Positions 41,206-56,267 of a DNA stretch of 64,000 bases are shown in pieces. The DNA is taken from the NCBI GenBank assembly GCA_964016885.1, contig OZ024740.1:174902001-174966000 (forward strand), in the 5' to 3' direction. The DNA comes from Eledone cirrhosa. Taxonomy: Eukaryota. Each line of letters opens with the position of its first letter. Positions within the stretch are counted from its first letter, which is position 1. The position numbers were made by a program, and so were the translations under genes. The notes below the pieces were generated by a model. That model made no database searches. It saw nothing but the letters and a program-made list of their open reading frames with translations, and had not been told where the DNA came from.

Positions 41206-42101
41206 CATATACATATATATTTACATATATATACATACATGTATATATACACATATATATACATACATACATATACATATGTATATTCCTATTTATACAT
41301 ACATATACCTCTATATATACACATATATATATACATACATACATATACATATATTCATATATATATATATATACATATTCATACATATATATACATACAT
41401 ATACATATATATATATATGGTGCATGGTGGCTGCTAACTCGTTTTCGAGTACGGCCACCACTTTATATCCATGTAGGAGAACCCCTACCGATGCGCTGAA
41501 AGAGTGTGACTTTTTGTCCAGCCAGCGACTTGAAAACTCTGGTACAAACATTACACTTGTGACAATTATTGACACATAGTGTTGGGCCCATGGTACAATA
41601 TGACGACAAGTGCAGTGAGATCCCCAAATATAAAGCAATGCCTGTGCTGTGAAGCTTTTATAGTGAGCAAAGGCACTGCACAAAGCCAGTCCCACTCTCT
41701 TAACCAAGATGATATTTACCAAAAAGAAGAACAAGTCAACATCATTAGATACCATCAGGGTTGCAGGTGTTATATCAGAGTTTTCCTTCTCCTAGAATTC
41801 TGCCTTGACAAAGGCTAAGGGGTCATCTCTCCCGGTGATTTTGGATGGCCATTGACTCTTAAGAGTTCCTTTGCCCTTTGACAGGTTTTGTTTTTAGTCC
41901 TGCAGGATGTCCAAAGTCACCCTCCTCACCAAGAAACCTTGGTGAGGAGGATGACTGTATATATATATATATGTGCGGGCATGTGTATGTATGACGTGTG
42001 TGTGTGTTCATATATATATATACACACATATATATATATATATACATACATACATATATATATATATACATACATATACATATATAAACATACATACATA
42101 C

Positions 42102-42949
<848 letters not shown>

Positions 42950-43015
42950 ATATATATATATATGTGTGTATATATATATATGAACACACACACACGTCGT
43001 ACATACACATGCCCG

Positions 43016-43056
<41 letters not shown>

Positions 43057-43187
43057 TGAGAGAAAGCGAGAGAGAGATATTTAATATATTTATCGTAAGG
43101 TGAATATATATTGTAATATCCAGAGAATAATGTTCTTTTGTTATCTCGTTTTTTAGACATTTCTAAATTATTTTCGTAACTATCACC

Positions 43188-43266
<79 letters not shown>

Positions 43267-43379
43267 CGTGCGTATGTATGAGTGCGTATGTATGTGTGAG
43301 TGCGTATGTATGTGTGAGTGCGTATGTATGTTTCTCTTTTTAATGTAGGTATGCATATACTTCAAACATTTATAAATGC

Positions 43380-43800
<421 letters not shown>

Positions 43801-44073
43801 GAATTGCTGTATAGTTTATACAAAGAAGATCAGGAAATTAAGATTTCAAAGAATGAAAACCACGAAGACAGTCTGTCTGGCAACTGTTTGTTTTCCTTTT
43901 CTTTTTCTTGTAGTAAGAGGAGAACAACATTAAAATAAAACAATGAAGATGGCGATGATGATAGTGATGATAATAAAGACACAACCAAAATCAATTAAAT
44001 ATATGTATAATTTAGGTACATAAGGATGTAATGTAAATGTAAATAACCTCTTTGGTAATCCTAATATATATGG

Positions 44074-44140
<67 letters not shown>

Positions 44141-44236
44141 AGATGTCAACATGAATGGACCTGTTATTTTTATCTAAAGACATTTTTTCCAATTCCATCC
44201 CGCCCGTCCTCTCAATCTATTTTATTTTTTATTCTT

Positions 44237-44272
44237 TCTTCTGATGAAGGACTAGCGTCCGAAACATTAAGA
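44237..44272 (+). ncRNA. Minimal hammerhead (stem III reduced or mutated)
   Basis: TCTT-CTGATGA-A-GGAC-TAGC-GTCC-GAAA-CAT-T-AAGA inside a ~220-bp TA-flanked insert (44138-44360). Confidence 0.6.
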
Positions 44273-44359
44273 CCCTCTTCTTGCTATATCAAGCGTTAAC
44301 CTAATACATACCTTCCATATGCTGTACCGATTGTGTTGCTATTTCTGTTTACCTTTTAC

Positions 44360-44386
<27 letters not shown>

Positions 44387-44390
<4 letters not shown>

Positions 44391-45320
44391 AATAACAAAT
44401 AAAATATAGAGTTATTAACTCATATAGATACCCTGCAATTAACTAGCTCAAAGTATAAATACTGAGCATTATAATATTAATATCTGTAGAAGTAAACACA
44501 GTAAACCAGTGTCTAAAATAACGAGGGTAGATTACACCACAAATGTTATATATCATTCAACCTGAATCATATGGGATGTTACTAGATTTCTTACAAGATT
44601 TCTCATACATACCATATCAATAACCATTTCATCTCCCGGACAGACTAAAGATTTAATCTGTTTCACCCTGAATGAATCGTGTTTGTAACAAATAATCCGT
44701 AGGCATTTCGTCAGCAGGAGATAAGACTAAATGTTACATAACACCTATAACAATAAACTCACTAAAGTTTACACCTCGTGCGTTGAAAGTCATATGCGGT
44801 GCGAGTGGTTATGCTAGAAATAATAGCCTATTTACACTCATTTTTATAAGCTCAACAGATAATGCTCAGTATTTATACTTTGAGCTTGTTAATTGCAGGG
44901 TATCTATATGTTAATAACTCTATATTTTATTTGTATTTCGGCTCCTTATCTGTTGAGCTTATAAAAATGAGTGTAAATAGGCTATTATTTCTAGCATAAC
45001 CACTCGCACCGCATATGACTTTCAACGCACGAGGTGTAAACTTTAGTGAGTTTATTGTTATAGGTGTTATGTAACATTTAGTATAATCTCCTGCTGACGA
45101 AATGCCTACGAATTACTTGTTACAAACACGATTCATTCAGGGCGAAACAGATTAAATTTTTAATCTGTCCGGGAGATGAAATGGTTATTGATATGGTATG
45201 TATGAGAAATCTTGTAACATCCCCTATGATTCAGGTTGAATGATATATAATATTTGTGGTGTAATCTACCCTCGTAATTTTAGACACGGGTTTACTGTGT
45301 TTACTTCTACACATATTAAT
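44387..45320. mobile_element. Circularly permuted inverted dimer (family B) with hammerheads at 44631-44722 (-) and 45086-45177 (+)
   Basis: ATCTCCTG-CTGACGA-AATGCC..GGGC-GAAA-CAGATTA/TAATCTG-TC-CGGGAGAT. 44395-44472 is the reverse complement of 44861-44935, and 44473-44862 is the reverse complement of 44946-45320. Confidence 0.8.
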
Positions 45321-45335
45321 ATATATATATATATA

Positions 45336-45579
45336 AGCAAATTATAAATGTAAACATGTAAGTATGTTTTTGAAACGGTGCGCGAGTTTGAAATTTAAAA
45401 ATTAGAAATTATAAGCGTTCACCGTATTTTAGACTAAAGAAATTTCTAGCCTGATAGTGGGGTTTATAACCCTCGGAGAAATGGAAAAAGATGAGTGTTG
45501 CCGTACATATATATATGTACGGCAACACTCATCTTTTTCCATTTCCCCGAGGGTTATAAACCCCACTATCAGGCTAGAA

Positions 45580-45582
<3 letters not shown>
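45336..45582. mobile_element. Near-perfect ~140-bp palindrome plus ~105-nt tail between TA tracts
   Basis: 45440-45582 is self-complementary about the central (TA)n. Same asymmetric layout as the other inserts. No hammerhead retained. Confidence 0.65.
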
Positions 45583-45664
<82 letters not shown>

Positions 45665-45670
<6 letters not shown>

Positions 45671-47505
45671 TAACAGATTAAAGTTTAAGCAAAGAATCAC
45701 TGTTTTCACCCTTAACGGGATCTTCTGAAACTAAAAAAGTCAATCTGTGAACGCAGAAGAAAAAATTTCAAAAACGTTGCAACCGGAGGAAGACAGGAAG
45801 ACGATACTTTGGTTCGTAGAAACGTTCCCTGGCTAAGAACTGGAAAAAACGAAGATAATACGCCATTATTTGGAGCGGTGAAAAACATTTGCACGCAAAG
45901 ACAAAACCACGTTTATGGTATAAATGAAGTCATAGACTAAAATTCTAACTAGGAAACCGAATGATTCTCGGCTTCAGAGTTAAGAATAAAGAAAATAAAA
46001 TACAGAGGTAATTGAAATTAAATAAATACATACACGCATCCATATACGTACATACACAAGCATACGCGAAAACACTCGCCATAGGTATACAAATACAAGC
46101 ACGTACACAAAAAACCCGCACGCACATACAGAACCCACGCAACGCCTGTACCCGCACACATACGAACGCATACACCAAATACACATAAAAATATATATTT
46201 TTAAAAAAACATATATATATGCGTGTATACATATAATTAAATAAACGTATATAAATAAATAAACACGTATATAACGCGCGCACACACATACCTACATGTA
46301 AATACACATATATCCGCAGATGTTATTTCCGTTATACGATCTAGCCTTAGCTAGGATCTCCCAGTGTAACTTATATTGGGTGTGGTTGTCTTTTAGACTC
46401 CAGATATAAGCTGAAAGTGACGTCATATTCCTTCTTAAAGGGTTAAGAAAAGAATGGGTATGCATGTAAAGACGCTGCTTGAATCTATTGGCGGTTAACC
46501 CTATGTAGGCCCTACGGGACGTGGCTGTTTCAACCTTACATTTGTAGACAATGTTAATAGAGAGGCATTTCCCGGATAGGGGGCAGTCAACCCGATTCCT
46601 ACAATTACAGTTAGTACTAGCTACAGGGTTGCACGTGTTCCTACGGCTAGGTAGTTTAGCTAAATTTGAAGCTGTTATGTTATGTGCAAGGTTAGGAGTC
46701 GTAGAGTAAGAAATTTTAATGGTATTTCTATTAAAAAATGTTACTATATTTAGTGCTGGGGGGGAAATGCTTGATAATAAGGGAGAGAAAGATCTTAGCT
46801 AATGGTGTGGCCACTTCCATATTATATGGTGGGTTATACCTATATAATTATAGGATCTAATTTTCCTAGGTCTATTTTCGTACTCTGTATATGCTACCTT
46901 ATCGACAAATCCACTCCGAGCAAGAGCTTCATTGTAATATGTGGAATGGTCGTTGAAAATATGCTCGTTAGTAGATAGACGGGAAAGCCTCAAAGAAACG
47001 TTTCATACCAGGTTCTTGGTTATGCTGGCAGAATGGTTAGAATGCTTACTTATGTAATTAAGCGTATCATTCGGCTTTCTATACGGGTAGTGCAAGCCAT
47101 TCGACAAACTGAGGGTAACGTCGAGGCAATTAACGACCGAGAGGTTGGCCTCAACCTGTATGGAGAGGTTGAAGCCGTTAAAGAAGGATGTGAGTTCTTT
47201 TCTGAACCTGTCTCAAGCACGTGGGCCGCACTTTGTCATGGTCAAAAGACCATCATCACGGTGCAAACCACCGCCCACGTTGGAGAATTCTTCCTTGATT
47301 GAGAAAAGAAGGAAAAGGCCGATAAGATCAGTAACCTCCGCAGAATCGGTGGCGCCCATACTCACGTCGAATGGGGTACTATTAGATTTTTTAATCCAAA
47401 TAGAGTCGTCGAAGCTCTACGGTTCTTATATATTTGATATATATTTATCCTTATCGAGCCCTCTTTGGATTTTAGTCTTCAAATTTATTATAATTATTAT
47501 TACTA
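45665..47505 (-). mobile_element. Internally deleted Naiad-type Penelope-like element (RT core, GIY-YIG, family E pLTR) with an inverted tail at 47412-47505
   Basis: Minus strand: IWIKK..PFDVSMGATDSAEVTDLIGLFLL, YNEALARSGF and CNCRNRVDCPLSGKC..IVYKC..YIGLT. Hammerhead-like motif at 45682-45732. Confidence 0.9.
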
Positions 47506-47509
47506 TATA

Positions 47510-47587
<78 letters not shown>

Positions 47588-47603
47588 TATATATATATAT
47601 ATA

Positions 47604-47810
47604 TAGGAGAAAGTATGACCCCGACGGCAGAGCTCAAGCCGTTTCGACGGCTATTTCTGGACTAACTTACTTTACTCCAGAAATAACCGTCGAAACGGCT
47701 TGAGCTCTGCCGTCAGGGTCATACTTTCTCCTATTACCCACTCTACTACCCTAAGTATTGAGTACTCTGGTGCGTTATGGTCCATCTGGTTCTTTACCAC
47801 AACTCCTTCG

Positions 47811-47813
<3 letters not shown>
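47604..47813 (+). mobile_element. Family D fold-back insert (intermediate copy)
   Basis: Arms 47604-47662 and 47676-47733 contain the hammerhead 3' half GAAACGGC..GCCGTC. About 80-nt tail. TA flanks. Confidence 0.75.
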
Positions 47814-47848
<35 letters not shown>

Positions 47849-47851
<3 letters not shown>

Positions 47852-48159
47852 GGAGGTGAGTTTTATTGTAGCACAATAAAGCAATGCAAATATCGGATAA
47901 GTAGCACTCCAAAGTTTATAGGACTGGATTATAATGATATTTGCGTTCTCATCAGATAAAATAGGGAGACATGATATGAAGCTTAAAAAACACTTGCGAG
48001 CAGTAAAGTGTTAAATCAGCATATGAAAAATAAAGTAAGATGGATATATGAGATTGGGAAAAAAAGGAGGAGGGGGGAAGGAAAAGGTAAGGAAGAGGAA
48101 GAAAGAAAATAAAGGATGACGGGGGAGGAGTATAAGAAGGAAGGATGAGAGAGGAGGAG

Positions 48160-48236
<77 letters not shown>

Positions 48237-50760
48237 TTTAATACTGAGAAACACTGTCTCACAGAGAAAATTAAAAAAATCGTTGTAAGATAATACATAA
48301 TTTTAAAAAAATTTTGAAATTAAAAGTTAATGAAGTTTATGAATAGTGATGTTTATGATTAAAGAAAAAGGAATTAAGAATAGTATTTATTTAAGGTTTA
48401 TATATTGAAGGGTTTAATAATATGTGCGAAAAGGAATTTATTAATATGTATTATTAAAATAAAAATATTAAGGATATAAGGTGAATGAAGAAGATATTAA
48501 ATGAATTATGAACTTAGAGGAATTAGTTAGTGTTTAAGTTTGTTTTTATGTATTGTAATATGAAAAAGTAAATAATAGGTTTAATACGAGCACGGAAGGA
48601 GAGAAGAAAGAAGAAAATATAATGAAGAAAAAATATAATGTCAAAAAAATATATATATATGTTTACAAAATTTACTAATGGTAATATTAGTATATATTAA
48701 AGATATAGTTTGTATGGCCAAGAATATAAGGAAAATGCTATAGTGAGTAATAATAGACGTACGGATTTATTTTCGCTCTGCTTGCATAAATCCCATAGAA
48801 CTAATATCTCAATACCTAATTAGTTTAAAATCTTCTTTTCTCAAACGCTTTTATATCTTTTACAAATATACCCATCTTTCTACCTTATTTCAGTATATTA
48901 TATTATACAATTTACTCATTCTATGTCGTTAACGGACCCTATTTTTTTTCCTTTTATCCTTTTTACTTTCTTCCTTTCTTCTTTTTTAATTTCTAATCTT
49001 TAATCTGTAACTTTTACTTCTCAATTACTTCTTAATTCATATTATTACTCACTATAGCATTTTCCTTATATTCTTCGCCATACAAACTATATCTTTAATA
49101 TATACTAATATTACCATTAGTAAATTAGTAAACATATATATTTTTTTTGACGATATATTTTTTCTTACTTAAATTTTCCTCTTTCTTCTCTCCTTCCGTG
49201 CTCGTATTAAACCTATTATTTACTTTTTCATATTACAATACATAAAAACAAACTTAAACACTAACTAATTCCTCTAAGTTCATAATTCATTTAATTTCTT
49301 CTTCATTCACCTTATATCCTTAATATTTTAATTTTAATAATACATATTAATAAATTCCTTTTCGCACATATTAAACCCTTCAATATATAAACCTTAAATA
49401 AATACTATTCTTAATTCCTTTTTCTTTAATCATAAACATCACTATTCATAAACCTCATTAACTTTTAATTTCAAAATTCTTTTTAAATTTTGTATTATCT
49501 TACAACGTTTTTTTTATATTCTCTGTGAGACAGTGTTTCTCGGTATTAAAGGCTATCTCTCTCTTTCTCTCTCTCTCTCACTCATTTTTCCTCCTCTCTC
49601 ATCCTTCCTTCTTATACTCCTCCCCCGTCATCCTTTATTTTCTTTCTTCCTCTTCCTAAGTTTTCCTTCCCCCTCCTTCTTTTTTCCCCCCAATCTCATA
49701 TATCCATCTCACTTTATTTTTCATATGTTGATTTAACACTTCACTGCTCGCAAATGTTTTTTAAGCTTCATATCATGTCTCCCTATTTTATCTGATGAGA
49801 ACGCAAATATCATCACATGATGATATTTGTTTTTGAAATGAGCATAATAAAATACATGGAGCTCTTTTAACCATCTTTTGATCTTATATTATTTATACTC
49901 CAGTCCTATAAACTGTGGAGTGCTACTTATCCGATATTTGCATTGCTTTATTGTGCTACAATAAAACTGACCTCCTACATTAACTTGCTCCTTGACTGTT
50001 TGAGCGCTAACTCTTATATTGGATACCTTTGATGGTCTCTAATTTTTCTTCTATAACATGTATTATTACAACATAACAACTTCAATTAAAGACCTTCCTA
50101 TACCTGGTAAATCTGAGTTCACTAACCTTCTGATTGAAAAAAAACTGACTCTTTTGTGAGAAGGCTTAGATGGATCGCTTTTTTCCACGACCAGCGCTTA
50201 AAAGGAAATTTCTATACTAAGGAACGTAACAATATTGATCATTTATTTAACTCTAGAAGAAATCCTTTTTCCAATAAAAATCTAGCGCAGTTTGAGGAAG
50301 AATTAACTAATATTATAAGAGGTCTTAAATTCAAGAGAAACCCTTATAGAGGACAGGAGCACCTTATAAATCTCAGGAATACGATTTCGGACCTTAATTC
50401 CTCTAAAAAAGTCTTAGTCCATTCCGACAAAACTAATAATTTATATGGCGTATCTAAAGATAAGTATTATAACCTTATCCTTAAGGAACTAAGGAAGAAT
50501 TATCGTAAAACTAACCATGACAATTTGGAATCTATAAACTTGGAAGCTTCTGAGATTATGTCTAAACTTGGCATCGAGAAAAAGACCGAACCATTCTTCC
50601 CAAGAACTCCGAGGATAAATCTCAAGGATCATAAAAGTAACTTTCGAACGGAACTGCCTGTTAGACTAATCGCCCCCTCTAAATCAGATCTGGGGTTGTT
50701 AGTAAATCCATCTTGGATAGAATTATCCCACAGGTTCGTTCTAATTGCTCTATTTCTAAC
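47849..50760 (+). mobile_element. Family C inverted pLTR pair (47849-48755 / 49040-49980) leading into a Naiad ORF N-terminus
   Basis: ~900-bp imperfect inverted arms, a hammerhead at 49784-49854, and the ORF below immediately downstream. Confidence 0.85.
50058..50760 (+). pseudogene. Naiad-type Penelope RT N-terminal region (frameshift in A-run at ~50140, 3'-truncated)
   Basis: MYYYNITTSIKDLPIPGK..LIEK / FVRRLRWIAFF..HSDKTNNLY..LKDHKSNF..RLIAPSKSDLG. Has DKT in place of the PLE DKG motif. Confidence 0.85.
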
Positions 50761-51496
50761 TTAAATTAGATACTGTCTTTGTAGCATTAGATTTAAAGTC
50801 TATGGTGACATTACAGACTATGGTCAGATATACATGGATATGGATAAGAAACTGGCACTATTAGATTAAATGGTGGATTGGTAGTATCGGTAGAGCGTCA
50901 GACACCATGCTTTGGAGCATAGAGTTATGGCCCTTTTCGTTCTGTGTTCAAATCCCACCAAGGTTAACTTTCCCTTTCATCCTTACGGGGTCGATAAAAT
51001 AAAGTACCAGTAATGCACTGGACTAATTGCTGGCCTTGTGCCAAAAATAGAAACAATTATTAGATTAAATATAAGGGCGGCGGATTGGCAGTATCGGTAG
51101 AAGGTCGGGCGCCATACATAGATTTACGGCCCTTTACGATCTGATTTCAAATCCCGCCGAGGTTAACTTTGCCTTTCATCCTTACGTGGTCGATAAAATA
51201 AAGTACCAGTAATGCACACTGAGATAATTGCTGGCCTTGTGCCAAAAGTAGAAACAATTATTATATTAAATATATAGGTGAGAAATAGGATGTAAGAAGA
51301 AACCTGATTGGAGGGTCTGTAAATAGAGACGGAAGAGGGAGAGAGACGTCAAAGGAGGAAAAAGGGAAGAAAATGAAAAGACAAAGACGTCCTTTGCAGT
51401 GGTCAGATAGGGTGGTAGATGGTCGGCAGGTATTTGTCGGTATAAGGGAATTTTGTAAATATTTCGTTTTCAGCGGTTTTAGTCATTCGAGAATTA

Positions 51497-52545
51497 ATGC
51501 TGAACAGTGCCCACTTCGTTTTTGAGTCCTCAGTTTTCCCAGGGAGTTCTCTGAATTTGGACGCAATAGTATCCACATACCTGGTCCTGACTTCCTTATC
51601 CACCAATGCTTCCCACTTTATCCTGTAGGTCGACCTAGACCTGACAGTTGTGTGGGCTTCTTTACTAGTTGCAGATAGCTAGATGGGGATCAGTTGATAG
51701 CTCAGTCCTTCTCTTAACACGAACACCCAGTACAGAATCAAAGAAACAATAACAAAATTACTTATTGACCTCTGACCCTGATTCCCCTTATACCACGTAT
51801 ATTTATGGATGTCTCTCTGCTGGAAGGTGTTCGTAATAGTGAGTCCATTGCTAGAACAGAAGTCTAATATGGTCTTTCCATTCGTAGTTAGATCGGGATC
51901 ACCGTTCCTTCCAATCACACCTTTCCATGTCAGACGGTCATTGCAAACATGTGCATTGAAGTCTCCCATTAGGATGTATGACCCAGTCTTAACTACATCT
52001 AACGCTGCGGTGACTTCATCAAGGAAGGATCTGTATTCAGACTCCTTGTTTGGTGCAAAAAAACTTGTACCACCCAGAGTGACCTATCTTTCAGCCTAAG
52101 CTTCAAGAGGCAAATCCTCCCTTCTAATGAAATCCAGTCCTTAACATATACTGACAGCCAGGGGCTTGTGAGTATCCCCACTCTCACCTGTGCAGTCATT
52201 TCTAGCGCTACACCTGAATAGTGGAGTTTCCATCCTCCAACCAAATCTACCGCACCAGAGCCACGAAACATTATTGAGGAAACCCCAAATATATCTAGCT
52301 GGTAGCATCTAGCTTCTTCCACAAGTTCTTGCTCCTTACCTGTAAGGGTTGTGAAGTTCCAGATTCCTATTGTCAAGGTTTTCTCCCTGCCAGACCCTGA
52401 TTGTGGTCTCGGAATACGCAATTTGTATGCCTCCATCCCACGCATCCCATGATAGGTCGCAGGAGAAGTAGCGGCTCTACCTGGAGCGACTCTCTGATCT
52501 CCGAGATACGTACTCTATCGAGTAACGTTACTCCAAAGACTTGGA
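51497..52545 (-). mobile_element. RTE LINE APE fragment, same family as 800-3889
   Basis: IGIWNFTTLTGKEQELVEEA..MGDFNAHV..NTFQQRDIHKYTW. 52475-52540 matches 940-1010. Confidence 0.85.
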
Positions 52546-52549
52546 GAAA

Positions 52550-52880
52550 GAAGAAGAATTAGGGTTATTTCCGCGCGGCAAAGCTTGCACTTCTAGGATT
52601 CATTTATATAGACACTCTCCCTTTAATGTTATAGTCTGCCTTTCTGTCTTTTAAAACCCATACATGGCTCGCTAATATGGTAGAGGTTGTCTTTGCAGCA
52701 TATTTGAAGGATAAAAGGCAGCGATAACATCTGTTTAACGTAACCTTTAGTCATACTAATATAATGTTACTGTTTTCTAATGATATCAATTGTCTGGTTC
52801 GGCATGAGTGAGGTAATTTCTCGCTGTTTCTAAGTTGAGTGTTACATCTAAGAAATCTGTCTTATCTACTGTCTAAAGTA
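52550..52880 (-). mobile_element. Old Naiad/Penelope fragments (RT and GIY-YIG)
   Basis: Manual translation gives TDFLDVTLNL and YISMT..STILASHVWVLKD..DYNIK..KCKLC..E. Confidence 0.55.
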
Positions 52881-53455
52881 ATTATTTTCGCACTTCCACG
52901 GAAATCAAATTCACGCTGTGGTTTTTGACAAGCGTAATATTGCGTGTATCCCTTGTTGTCCTCCAGGGTAATATTTTCTCTGTTCTGTCAACTGGGACCA
53001 TGAGGTGGCATATGCCGAATATTCTGCACATTGGAGAGGCAGAGTGGATAAAGGAGGGTGCTTGTTTCATTGACTGGTTCGTGCTGCTACCGTTGGCCTC
53101 TAAATACACGCATATATATATATATATATACAACAGAGGCCATGTAGCATTCCTCTCCGACAGATAACTTTGCCCCCCGGAAAACCCCCCAGTTGATGGA
53201 TGCGAATCCGAAATATAGAGACAATTAAATCTCTCCCAAGGTAACTCTATCTTGTGTTGTTATTTTTATTTTTTACGCTCTTTCCTACGTTCCTCTACAC
53301 GCTATACATCTCATTCTACATTCCCTTACATCTCTCTCTTCACCACCGGATTTTGTTACCCGGAGATTTACCCATCTTCATTGTTGAGGCTTCCAAAACG
53401 AACCCCCAAAAACATTTTATTATTCCACAATGCTTCAAGCAAACTTCAACACGCT

Positions 53456-53494
<39 letters not shown>

Positions 53495-55305
53495 GATGTA
53501 ATGCCACTCCATTTAACTACTTATATCTTATATCATTTTATTAGAATATATGTTTTCATTTCTTTGTTACACTCTTTACACAATTGAAAATTCAGTCACC
53601 CATGTTGCCTTGTCGAAAGAATGAGGCAATATATTCAATATAGTGTTTCACATGGAAAACTAATGAACGAATATAAGATAAATGTGTTTTAAGTAAATTA
53701 TGCCGTATGCAGACAGGAAGGTATACAAAAAATTGTGGCCAGAAACTTATTCGGGCGATTGCCAAAATCGTTAAAGTGTCAGGCGAAATGCTTTATGATA
53801 TTTATTTATGACCACCAAGGTAGAATTTGCCTTTTGTCCAACCAGAATAAATACCAGCCGGTATCGGGAGTCGATATAATCCTTACAAGAAAATCTCTGA
53901 CTTTATGTCTATGCTGCAAGCAATTATTTCAAGGCGGTGAATTAGCAGAATCGTTAGAGCGTCGGACAAAATGTTTTGTGGTATTTCTTCCAGTTCTATA
54001 TGTTCAGAATTCTATCCTTCTGTGTTTAATGAAATAAAGTACCAGTCAAGTATTGGGTTGATATAATCGACCCCATCCCCACAAATTGGTGGCTTTGTGC
54101 CTAAATTAGAAATCATTATTATATTGTTTCAGTAATTTTATGTTTATTATGTGGTTTTACTGGACAACCAAACGCAGCTCTGTATAACTTAGATACGTGT
54201 AGTGTTGCATTGTTGTGCTTTTATTTCTATTGTAATAAATATGCCCTACATAACAAGTGTATAGTCTTTGAAGATAGAAAACTGTTTTATTTTGTTCATC
54301 TTTTGTGGCTATATTAATTGCTCTGTATTGGTAGTATTGGTAGAGCGTCAGACACCATGCTTTGAAGCATAGAGTTACGGCCCTTTGCGGTCTGAGTTCA
54401 AATCCCGCCGAGGTTAACTTTGCCTTTCATCCTTACGGGGTCGATAAAATGAAGTACCAGTAATGCACTGGGATAATTGCTGGCCTTGTACCAAAAGTTG
54501 AAACAATTATTCTTTAAATATACTTTTATAGTACTATAGCAGATATTTTGTATCAATATGTAAATTGCAGAAACCCCATCCCTCCATGTGTTCGTGGAAA
54601 AATTTCTGTGTCAGTTTCATGTTTATGTATTTAAACGTGCGAGGATACTGCTGTGTAGTTCCTGGTTCGATCCCATAGCATCGCACTTGAGGGAAAGTAT
54701 CTTCTAGAAGTGTCTTTTAGCATATTGACAGATTGATTGGTGTCGAATAGAATAATCTTTGGTATTCGTTCCACCACTCCGCGCTCTGAGTGAAAAGCCA
54801 ACCAAGGTCAACTTTGCTTTTCCTCATTTCGAGTTCGATAAATAAACTACCAGTCCAGTACTCGATCGATGCCTTTTCTCCTTCGTTTTCGTCCTCTCGC
54901 TTTCTTCCAATCACTTTCTCTGTAAGTAATTGACTGGGGACAAAGCTACAGAGAGACAGGCTCCACCAGGCTTAAAATCTCTCAAGAAATGCCGTACGCC
55001 ATGTCAGTGTGGCTTCTTATCGAAGAGGTCCAAAGGATCTCAATGAATGAACAAATATTATACAACACCTGCTTAAAGCTTTCCAGTTTGGAGAAGTTGT
55101 TGTTTCTTTTGTCTTCAGAATTTAGTTATTCAATAAAGAAAGAGAGCAAACTGGAGAGCGAAGACTCAACCAAGTAATTTAGTTATCGGCATCAGAATAA
55201 GGGAAGACAAACTTCACTTCGCCGAGATCTGGAACAAATACAAGGCATTTTCTCCGGCGTTCTAACGATTCAACTAATTCACTGACTTTTATATATATAT
55301 ATATA

Positions 55306-55649
55306 CTAGCTGACATACCTAGCTTCGCCCGGGTAAACAGATGATAAGAGAAGACACGTAAAAGATAAAATGACTGTATTGAATGTTTGTGTGTTTACAG
55401 TATGAGGCGAGTCCGTGGTGTCTGTGTGATACAAAAAACAGTAAAAAAAATCTTCCAGATATACCATATTCTTCGTTGTACCGTTTGTGCATAGTATATG
55501 AACAATTCTAGGTGCTCCCACTTAGAATAGTGACCTCTAGGAGATGGTTCATCTTCTGTCTGACTGTAAAACGTGTATCATTGCATAGACGTGGTTGTTC
55601 CACGTTTCTCAAAAGGATGATGGAAGTTCCAATCTTTTATATATGTAGA
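55306..55649 (-). mobile_element. Short non-autonomous Helitron-like element
   Basis: Minus strand TCTACATATAT start and ..CCCGGGCGAAGCTAGG..CAGCTAG|T end. Confidence 0.5.
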
Positions 55650-56196
55650 TATAGATATAGATAATTAATATAAAAGATGTCCGTCAATATAAAAAGAGGT
55701 GCCTATTTACTCCCTTCAGAACTCTGTGTATGTTAGACTGACAGACAGGCACACAGACAGATAAACTGTGTGGCGATTGTGGGATGCCGCACGTACACAC
55801 ACATACACGCATGGAAACGCGCACACGCACGCAAACTTACACACACGCACACACTCACACATGTTGATAGTTTTTACTTTCTGTGGAACGCTGCACGCAC
55901 GCACACACACATAAACATACGCGCACGTACATACACACGCATACATGTTAATAGTTATTGCTTTCCTTCCCCTCTTAATTCCACACAGATCACACACACA
56001 CGTCTCTACACTGACACATATATATAGTGTATCCAAACACAGCGCACACTTTGCCTCTCTCTCCCCTCTCACTCCCTCATTGGCATTATGCATATTAATT
56101 TAAGTTTGGGGTCGTTGAGGTGGGCGGAGTCGTTTAAAACCTATGAACCAATGATAATCGAGAATTATGACACACAGAATACTGACATTGTTGAAA

Positions 56197-56264
<68 letters not shown>

Positions 56265-56267
<3 letters not shown>

